The position numbers and the translations under genes are program-made. From the NCBI GenBank assembly GCA_021846725.1, contig JAJZWK010000003.1, positions 1-35,958 of the forward strand: 35,958 nucleotides of DNA, read 5' to 3'. This DNA comes from Actinomycetes bacterium. Lineage in GTDB: Bacteria > Actinomycetota > Acidimicrobiia > Acidimicrobiales > JAMCPL01. Below, one piece after another: positions 29,060 to 35,958 of this stretch; position 1 is the stretch's first letter, and each line of letters opens with the position of its first letter. Under the pieces are notes generated by a model. The model did no database searches and was not told where the DNA came from. It saw only the letters and a program-made list of their open reading frames with translations.

Positions 29060-30645
29060 CCAAACCATTACATATACCCAGGTACACCGCACTAGCTATT
29101 TTGGTATCTTTGCTGTCAGCCGTGACACTGGCGGCTTGCTCGACCGGTACAAAAACCCCTCAAAGTCGCCAAGATGTCCCTTATTCACTTTTCAAATCAT
29201 CGAATTCGAGTGGAATAGATTGGCCAAAGGGGCCACTTAACACCTCAGGGAGGTTTATCATCGACAGCACGGGACGTGTCGTAATCCTTCATGGTGTAAA
29301 TGAAGTATACAAAGTCCCACCCTACTGTCCTCAGAATACAGCTTGGGGAATAGAACCTGCTGATGCCTCATTGATGCACAACCTCGGTTTTGACATAGTA
29401 CGCCTTGGTTACCTATGGGAAGGATTCGAACCGCAGCAAGGTAAGTTCAATTACAACTATTTGAATTGCCTTCAGCGTACAGAGAGCATGCTGGCAAATC
29501 AGCATATATTCACTCTGATAGATAGCCATCAAGATTTATATACACAGAAATTTGGAGGAGAGGGATTTCCTCAGTGGGCTGTTCACAATCACCACCTCAG
29601 CCTCTCAGTAAACAGGCCGTTTCCAGGTAACCAACTCTCCAGGGCGGTCACAGCAGCGTTTGACGGACTATGGGAGAACCGTGGAGAGGTATGGCAATCC
29701 TATGCGCAGGCATGGGGTAAAGTAGCAGCATATTTCAAGAATGATCCGATGGTACTCGGATATGATATAATGAACGAGCCATGGCCAGCCAAGTTCATTG
29801 GCTCACCCGTTACATTCGACACAGAGTATCTGGAGCCATTCGAGACAATGAGTGCTCAAGCCATAAGGAGCAACGATCCACATCACATAATTTTTTACGA
29901 GCCACCAGTCACATTCAATGGTGGAGTACCCTCAAGTTTTACTCCTCCACCGCCTAGCCTGGACCCGGTGGGGTTCTCCTTTCACAACTACTGCCTCACC
30001 CATGGCGAGTTCAGTAATCCCTACACTGCAGCCCGGTTATCCCTCTGCTATGAACAGTTCAACCATGTCGACTCTAATGCTCTTTCAGCCTACTCTTCAA
30101 TGGGTGGAGTTCCATTAATGACGGAATTTGGAGCTACTTTTTATACTCCAGAAATATCCAAGGACGTCCAGCTCGCAAGTCAGGACATGGTAGGTTGGAT
30201 ATACTGGCAATTCAAGGCGTCCGGAGATATAACTACACGCAGCTATGCCTCCGACCATGGGAAATGTCCCAAAAATTCTCCAGAAAGCCTCTTCCGTGAT
30301 GACTGCATAATCACCAGCCTACACAGGAAAAAAGCAACTGCGCTCTCACAACCATATCCGGCAGCTATTGCTGGTGTTCCCACCTCGTATGGCTACAACC
30401 CTTCTACAGGCATTTTCCACCTTAGCTATAGCGTAACCAAAAAAATAAATGCCCCTACTCTTGTATATACCTCTGTTGCACTCCATTATCCACATGGATA
30501 TTCAGTACACGTGGTTGGAGCTACCACAAAAGGTTCATCGCAAAGAACAACTTGTTCCAACTGGCTCGAGTTCCACAATCTGGCAGATGCCACCAGTGTA
30601 ACGGTGACACTTACTCCTTCGCACGACAGTAAAACTTGTTCTTAA
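29056..30645 (+). CDS. GH5 endoglycoceramidase-like lipoprotein
   Basis: Lipobox TLAAC; GRVVILHGVN, DSHQDLY, GGEGFPQWA, YDIMNEP (acid/base Glu), FHNYC, TEFGA (nucleophile Glu), PYPAAIAGVP leading into a C-terminal beta-sandwich. Confidence 0.88.
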   Translation: MTKPLHIPRYTALAILVSLLSAVTLAACSTGTKTPQSRQDVPYSLFKSSNSSGIDWPKGPLNTSGRFIIDSTGRVVILHGVNEVYKVPPYCPQNTAWGIEPADASLMHNLGFDIVRLGYLWEGFEPQQGKFNYNYLNCLQRTESMLANQHIFTLIDSHQDLYTQKFGGEGFPQWAVHNHHLSLSVNRPFPGNQLSRAVTAAFDGLWENRGEVWQSYAQAWGKVAAYFKNDPMVLGYDIMNEPWPAKFIGSPVTFDTEYLEPFETMSAQAIRSNDPHHIIFYEPPVTFNGGVPSSFTPPPPSLDPVGFSFHNYCLTHGEFSNPYTAARLSLCYEQFNHVDSNALSAYSSMGGVPLMTEFGATFYTPEISKDVQLASQDMVGWIYWQFKASGDITTRSYASDHGKCPKNSPESLFRDDCIITSLHRKKATALSQPYPAAIAGVPTSYGYNPSTGIFHLSYSVTKKINAPTLVYTSVALHYPHGYSVHVVGATTKGSSQRTTCSNWLEFHNLADATSVTVTLTPSHDSKTCS

Positions 30646-30654
30646 TGGCAATAT

Positions 30655-30673
30655 TCACCACTCTTGATGGTGA
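30655..30673. terminator. Short hairpin TCACCA-N7-TGGTGA just after the GH5 stop, between convergent genes
   Basis: Inverted repeat seen directly; it lacks a U-tract, so the call is weak. Confidence 0.3.
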
Positions 30674-30826
30674 GGTGTGTTCCTGTCGGTCAAGATTGCT
30701 AGTCATCATGGTACCTTTCCAACACAGATGCAGAGTTATACATCGACCACAATACTAAGAACAAAATAGGAGCATAGCCCACACGGACACAGAGGTAATG
30801 ACAGCCTCATGAATTGATTGACTAGA

Positions 30827-32122
30827 TTATGCTGACTGAGCTGGGTGGAAGGGACAGTTTGGATCCTCTGCAAGTGGATCACCATAAGCAGCAAATGCCT
30901 GGGCACGTGATCCTCCACAGATATCACGATACTCGCAGATACCACACCTCCCTCCGTAACCAGAAGGAGATCTCAGTAGATTGAGTAACTCGGACTCTCT
31001 ATATATATCAACGATAGAAGAGTCCTTCACGTTACCAGCAACCATTGGCAGGAATCCACTGGGCAACACTTCCCCTGTATGCGATATAAAGACTACACCA
31101 TAGCCATCACCGACCACCAGAGGACGACGGGCAGGGCCACTATGTATGCTTTCACCCAAGCTACGACCATCACCTAAATTGTCCCCATCGCTCCGCGTAC
31201 GGCCAAGGGTACCGGCTGAAGTGGAACTGGAAATACTGGCAGAACCAGAATTGTCTGCATGGCTAGGAGTGTCGAATGGAAACATATCTTCGACATCCTT
31301 CATCAGCTGGGCATATAGAGGGGTACTGGGCACCATATTGTATCCGGCCTCTCGCTGAACAAGTATTCTCCTGAATTGTGGCGCTTCAGTACTCTTGACC
31401 GGCATTACCTTGGATATCTCAGCCAAGAATAAAAGCACATCTTCGACCTGCTCTGCACTGAGTGGCGTAAGTAAACGCCCTCTCCCTGTTGGAACCAGGA
31501 AGAATAAGCTCCAGAGTCCAGCCGGTATAGAGCTTACCAGTCGAAGGATGCCCGGCAACTGATCTACGGTTTCACTGGTAACTGTAGTGTTCACCTGTAG
31601 ATGAAAACCCAGATCGACCGCCTCCCTGCAAGCATTTACAGTCAAGTCAAACGAACCAGGAACCTTACGGAAGCTATCATGTGACTCTGCCGAAGCACCA
31701 TCGATAGAAAACGAAACAGCGGTGGCCCCGGCAAGTCGTAACTCTGCTAGGTTCCTGCGTGTGGCCAACGGGGTACCAGATGGTGACACGGCCATCCGCA
31801 ACGAGAGTTTCGTGCCATAAGATACTATGTCAGCAAGATCAGGCCGTTTGAAAGGATCTCCACCGGTAAGTACTACTATAGGCCTGGGAGCTCCCAGAGC
31901 CGCCAAATCGTCAAGTACTTTCGTTACCTCAACGGTAGAGAGTTCATCTGGATCCCTCCATGATCTCGATTCTGCACGGCAATGTATACAAGCCAGATCG
32001 CAGGCTCGCGTGAGTTCCCACAGGACCAAAAATGGTCTCACCCCCCTGTCGAAATGAAGCTGGCGGTAAGGTACTGCTTTGAGAGCTGTGCCTGACATAA
32101 CGCCTGGTGCATGGGTAGGCAC
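30827..32122 (-). CDS. Radical SAM/SPASM protein (NirJ/AhbD-like, TIGR04053-type)
   Basis: WELTRACDLACIHCRA (CxxxCxxC), LTGGDP, LVPTGRG, TEAP, PSGFLP, CGICEYRDICGGSRAQA, EDPNC. Confidence 0.9.
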   Translation of the reverse strand: MPTHAPGVMSGTALKAVPYRQLHFDRGVRPFLVLWELTRACDLACIHCRAESRSWRDPDELSTVEVTKVLDDLAALGAPRPIVVLTGGDPFKRPDLADIVSYGTKLSLRMAVSPSGTPLATRRNLAELRLAGATAVSFSIDGASAESHDSFRKVPGSFDLTVNACREAVDLGFHLQVNTTVTSETVDQLPGILRLVSSIPAGLWSLFFLVPTGRGRLLTPLSAEQVEDVLLFLAEISKVMPVKSTEAPQFRRILVQREAGYNMVPSTPLYAQLMKDVEDMFPFDTPSHADNSGSASISSSTSAGTLGRTRSDGDNLGDGRSLGESIHSGPARRPLVVGDGYGVVFISHTGEVLPSGFLPMVAGNVKDSSIVDIYRESELLNLLRSPSGYGGRCGICEYRDICGGSRAQAFAAYGDPLAEDPNCPFHPAQSA

Positions 32123-32127
32123 TATGA

Positions 32128-32754
32128 CTATTTCCTATCTGGACACGTATCCGGATACGAGGCCACCTGATCTGGCTCAATTGACTTGCCGGAAGGCTTC
32201 CTGTCGGGTAACGAATTTACTTTTTTGCGCTCTTGCGACAGCGGAGAGAGAGTAAAGAGTGCAGAAGCATCCCGCAACCGCACCGGAGAACCGCTTATAC
32301 CGGTCATCTTGTATACATTGGTAATTGACCTCAGTATCACTGCCCTGGCAAGCCAGAAAAAGAAAATACTCCCCGGGATTTCAGCCAGAAATGCAGTAGA
32401 CAACGTTACCCATTCTCCTCTCTTTCCAAGAGATGTAATAACATCAAACCAAGCATCGGTAGCCAGCATGGTGCCCGCGACTATGGCCGTTAGTACCATA
32501 ATCTGCTTACGGAACCATGCAGCCCAAGCAGTGTAGGCCATAACAATCATAAGTACTACATCAAATCCCACCCACAGTAACGTCCAATGGCGTGCTGTGT
32601 ACCTTATAGGTAGCTTGATAGCCAGGAAAACTGTCCAGGGGATCAAACCGGCAACCACTGCAATCAGCGCTACCGACACCAGCCTGCTGAACTGGAGAAG
32701 ATCTATATCGTGATGGCTGCGCTCCCCCTGTGGCTTATGGCCTTGAATATCCAT
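32128..32754 (-). CDS. Four-TM hypothetical membrane protein
   Basis: Four hydrophobic segments with conserved-looking WVGFD, DAWFDV and AEIP; 5-7 bp spacing to neighbours. Confidence 0.82.
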   Translation of the reverse strand: MDIQGHKPQGERSHHDIDLLQFSRLVSVALIAVVAGLIPWTVFLAIKLPIRYTARHWTLLWVGFDVVLMIVMAYTAWAAWFRKQIMVLTAIVAGTMLATDAWFDVITSLGKRGEWVTLSTAFLAEIPGSIFFFWLARAVILRSITNVYKMTGISGSPVRLRDASALFTLSPLSQERKKVNSLPDRKPSGKSIEPDQVASYPDTCPDRK

Positions 32755-32761
32755 AAGTTAA

Positions 32762-34063
32762 TTATACCAGCGCAATGTCCTTTCGATACTCCAGCGAACC
32801 ATCTACAACCGATTCAATCACGCCATATACCCTCTCTCTGGCATCTGCCAGAATAGGTGCACAAGTTGCAAATGCAACTGCTCGAGAGGTACCAACCGTG
32901 ACAAATTGACCAGGACTTTCCTCGCAAGCTGATGAAAAATACACACTCACCCCAGTTGCTAAAGCTCGGTCGATATCCAGGCCGAATTGGTGGGGGTTGC
33001 CCTGCTTCAATGCATACTCTGGAGATACCAGATAGACTACTACCGATGACTCCCTGGCCAGCGGTATCAGAAGATCATTCAACTTCCCATGATGCATAGC
33101 GTACATGACATCCACCCAATCACCCTCGAATAATGTCATAATATTCAACCCCTCCGGATCACCAAACCTGGAGTTGAATTCTATTACCTTTGGACCTTCC
33201 TCTGTTGCGAAGAACCCGGCATTCATGCATCCAGTAAAATGACGGCCGCTTCTTGTCAAATAATGGATAGCGTCCTCGGTAATCTGGCAGGCATGTTCGT
33301 AAGTGGATTTATCGAGAAAAGGCAGTAGCCCACCTGCCATAGAATACGATCCCATACCTCCAGTACCCGGCCCGCTGTCTCCATCATAGCGATACGGATA
33401 GTCATACGTGGCAGGAGGAAATACGACCTTTTTCCCATCAGTCATAGCCTGTATGGTGAACTCTGGAGCGTCCAATCTCTCTTCCACGATCACTGCCCCA
33501 CCAGCTTGACCGGACAAAATAATACTCGAACCGTATTCGTAGGCAGCTTCGTTGTCCAGTAAATGAGGTCCTACCACCTTCACCCCCTTTCCTCCGGTCA
33601 ACCCAACGGGCTTTATTACCACCTCTCTACCATCTCTCGACATATCTGATATGGCATCCTTCAGTCCTTCTACGTCTCGAGCCAGGATATACCGTGGATT
33701 TGCCGTTGGCTCTATCTTCGAAACCACTTGTCGCGAAAATGCCTTGTTCCACTCTATCTCTGCACCATCACGAGTCGGACCAACAACTGGGATACCTTCT
33801 GCCTGCAATGCATCGACCACTCCGGCTTCCAGCGGGTTGTCACTACTCACCATAACTATATCCACAAAATGACTCGATGCATAATCTGCAATTGAGCGCG
33901 CGTCACACACATCGCCGATAGCATATTCACCACCTGTGTCGGAGACCAAATGTGCTAGAGTAGGATTTACATGTCCCATAAAGGCATAGAGCGTGCTGGA
34001 TTGAGCCATACGCATACCCAACGCACTCTCCCGCCCTCCATGACCTACTATCAGGCTTTTCAT
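32762..34063 (-). CDS. purD: Phosphoribosylamine--glycine ligase (ATP-grasp), divergent and archaeal-like
   Basis: VGHGGRE, PLEAGVVDAL, GPTR, KPVGLTGGKGV, DGDSGPGTGGMGSYS, IEFNSRFGDPE. Confidence 0.85.
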   Translation of the reverse strand: MKSLIVGHGGRESALGMRMAQSSTLYAFMGHVNPTLAHLVSDTGGEYAIGDVCDARSIADYASSHFVDIVMVSSDNPLEAGVVDALQAEGIPVVGPTRDGAEIEWNKAFSRQVVSKIEPTANPRYILARDVEGLKDAISDMSRDGREVVIKPVGLTGGKGVKVVGPHLLDNEAAYEYGSSIILSGQAGGAVIVEERLDAPEFTIQAMTDGKKVVFPPATYDYPYRYDGDSGPGTGGMGSYSMAGGLLPFLDKSTYEHACQITEDAIHYLTRSGRHFTGCMNAGFFATEEGPKVIEFNSRFGDPEGLNIMTLFEGDWVDVMYAMHHGKLNDLLIPLARESSVVVYLVSPEYALKQGNPHQFGLDIDRALATGVSVYFSSACEESPGQFVTVGTSRAVAFATCAPILADARERVYGVIESVVDGSLEYRKDIALV

Positions 34064-34078
34064 CCGGTCTCTATGCGC

Positions 34079-35281
34079 TTATATGCGCGCAGCTATCTCA
34101 GCCGCAAACTCTGAGCACTTCACCTCGGTAGCATTATCCATAAGCCTGGCAAAATCATAGGTAACAATTTTAGCAGCAATGGTAGACTCTAGAGCCCTTA
34201 CTATACTGGCAGCTGCATCATTCCATCCTAAGTGCTCCAGCATCAACACACCTGACAGGATTACAGAACCGGGATTCACCTTGTCCAGTCCAGCGTATTT
34301 GGGGGCAGTACCGTGGGTGGCTTCAAATATCCCATGACCAGTTACATAGTTTATGTTTGCACCCGGCGCTATTCCGATGCCACCTACTTGAGCGGCTAGG
34401 GCATCCGATAGGTAGTCACCATTCAGGTTTGTCGTAGCAATAACATCAAAGTCTGCAGGACGAGTAAGAACCTGCTGCAGAGTGATATCCGCTATATTGT
34501 CCTTCACCAATAATTTGTCTCCCGGCTTGCCATTACAGTCATCCCATGACACTGCTACATCTGCAAACTCCTCTCTCACTAGATCATACCCCCAGCTACG
34601 AAATGCCCCTTCAGTGAACTTCTGAATATTGCCCTTGTGCACCATGGTTACACTCCTACGACCATGAGAGAGCGCATACTTGATGGCAGCTCTTATAAGA
34701 CGCTTCGAACCTTCCTCGGAAACTGGTTTGATTCCTATACCGGAGTTCTCTCTGATCTCCCAGCCCATATTCTCTTTCAAAAACGTAACCAGCTTGACAG
34801 CCTCAGGACTTCCGGCTTGCACCTCGAGTCCCGCATAGACATCCTCGGTATTCTCCCGGAATATCACCATATCCACCTTTTCCGGATGCTGAACAGGTGA
34901 AGGTACGCCTTGGAACCAGCGTACCGGACGCAAGCAGACATAGAGATCTAGTATCATACGAAGAGCAACGTTCAGCGATCTTATCCCTCCCCCCACCGGC
35001 GTAGTCAGCGGACCTTTAATCCCAATAAGATATTCGCGAAAGGCATCAACTGTTTCATCAGGCAACCAATTGCCGGTCTCGTTGTAGGCCTTTTCGCCAG
35101 CCAAAACCTCCTTCCAGGCAATCTTTTTGCCCTGCTTGGCGACTGCCGTGTCAATGACCAGCTTTGCAGCTGGCCAAATGTCCACCCCAGTACCATCACC
35201 CTCTATAAAGGGAATGATCGGCTCATCGGGTACTACCAGTATTCCGTCGGTGTTCATTGTAATTTTTTCTGCCATACTCAT
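34079..35281 (-). CDS. icd: Isocitrate dehydrogenase, dimeric E. coli-type, NADP-dependent
   Basis: [58 protein letters not shown] (KY and Y...R NADP determinants). Confidence 0.97.
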   Translation of the reverse strand: MSMAEKITMNTDGILVVPDEPIIPFIEGDGTGVDIWPAAKLVIDTAVAKQGKKIAWKEVLAGEKAYNETGNWLPDETVDAFREYLIGIKGPLTTPVGGGIRSLNVALRMILDLYVCLRPVRWFQGVPSPVQHPEKVDMVIFRENTEDVYAGLEVQAGSPEAVKLVTFLKENMGWEIRENSGIGIKPVSEEGSKRLIRAAIKYALSHGRRSVTMVHKGNIQKFTEGAFRSWGYDLVREEFADVAVSWDDCNGKPGDKLLVKDNIADITLQQVLTRPADFDVIATTNLNGDYLSDALAAQVGGIGIAPGANINYVTGHGIFEATHGTAPKYAGLDKVNPGSVILSGVLMLEHLGWNDAAASIVRALESTIAAKIVTYDFARLMDNATEVKCSEFAAEIAARI

Positions 35282-35436
35282 GATTTTACCCTGATTCTCT
35301 ACTAAACACTAAATCCGCCATATTGAGGATATGATCGATATTATCGCAACAAATTAGAAAATGACATAAGCGACAGCAACATCACATTATGGAGTGCAGG
35401 TTCGACTGTCCACTTTGTCCCGCGACATTACAAAAG

Positions 35437-35520
35437 TGCGGGTGAGAGGACTCGAACCTCCACGCTCTTACGAGCACCGGGACCTAAACCCGGCGCGTCT
35501 GCCAATTCCGCCACGCCCGC
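35437..35520 (-). tRNA. tRNA-Leu, anticodon TAG; CCA not encoded
   Basis: Minus strand GCGGGCGTGGCGGAATTGGCAGACGCGCCGGGTTTAGGTCCCGGTGCTCGTAAGAGCGTGGAGGTTCGAGTCCTCTCACCCGCA: D-loop GG, anticodon arm CCGGG/TTTAGGT/CCCGG, long variable arm, GTTCGA T-loop, discriminator A. Confidence 0.97.
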
Positions 35521-35534
35521 AAATCAGTGAAGCG

Positions 35535-35958
35535 TCATGCACCGTTCCAATACTGAGCAATCATAGCAATACCTGCAGCCATAGTGTAATTACCCCAGTT
35601 CGCTCCCGCAGGAAGTCCACTAACTGTGCCGTTCACACTGAATGAAGCTCCGTTCTGAGCATTGCCGTTGGTCTGTACGGCATTAAGACCGAACGTGCCG
35701 AAATTGGTATTCCATGTTCCATTGAGCCCGCAGTAAGACGGGCAATTATTCCCCACTGAAATATCTACCGGACCAAATGTATCATTGACGCTATCTCCAT
35801 TTTGACGACCATCTCCCTCTACCTGAAAAAACAATCTCGGCGAAAGATCCAGCGGTATCTCTTCTACCGGGCTGCCATTTACGAAGAATACCGCCTCATT
35901 GACAGGAGATGACCACCATTTTATGGTCACGGTATAGGAAGAATGAGAAGCCTGCTCT
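35535..35958 (-). CDS. C-terminal part of an unknown Asn/Gly/Thr-rich protein; 5' end outside the window
   Basis: The frame stays open to the window edge (EQASHSSYT precedes VTIKWW). Composition is beta-rich and extracellular-like; no family recognised. Confidence 0.65.
   Translation of the reverse strand, partial: EQASHSSYTVTIKWWSSPVNEAVFFVNGSPVEEIPLDLSPRLFFQVEGDGRQNGDSVNDTFGPVDISVGNNCPSYCGLNGTWNTNFGTFGLNAVQTNGNAQNGASFSVNGTVSGLPAGANWGNYTMAAGIAMIAQYWNGA

Noticed and set aside
35391-35413. GCAGGTTCGACT as a tRNA T-arm fragment (att site)
   Set aside because: It is on the opposite strand to the tRNA, has no proper 5-bp T-stem and does not match the tRNA-Leu 3' end.
35394-35645. 83-aa plus-strand ORF
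   Set aside because: Antisense translation of the tRNA gene (VRVRGLEPPR pattern).

Overview
Chromosomal core-genome window from an Actinomycetota bacterium, most consistent with Acidimicrobiia (judged from protein motifs and gene order, no database search). By eye the GC content is low for the phylum, roughly 45-50%. Most genes are on the minus strand: a dcw cluster (mraZ-rsmH-ftsL-like-ftsI-murE-mraY-murD-ftsW-murG-murC-murB-ftsZ-pgeF-sepF-yggT-divIVA), then ileS-lspA-rluD and a truncated FGGY kinase. An inverted DksA/TraR-type gene with a long basic N-terminal extension lies between divIVA and ileS. To the right are an LplA-like ligase, an HNH nuclease, an acidic hypothetical protein, an inositol monophosphatase coupled to a GH5 endoglycoceramidase-like lipoprotein, an icd-purD-membrane protein-radical SAM run, tRNA-Leu(TAG) and a truncated unknown ORF. 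No CRISPR array, transposase or integrase is visible. The most unusual signals are: (1) murF, ftsQ, yggS and ddl are absent from an otherwise tightly coupled dcw operon; (2) low-complexity loop insertions and fresh tandem duplications occur in many essential proteins and spacers; (3) the rluD 3' end is duplicated exactly (32 bp) around a palindrome; (4) PurD is archaeal-looking; (5) the tRNA has an acceptor-stem mismatch and abuts an unknown gene. I found no clear self-contained novel system; the findings are leads that need genome-wide checks.
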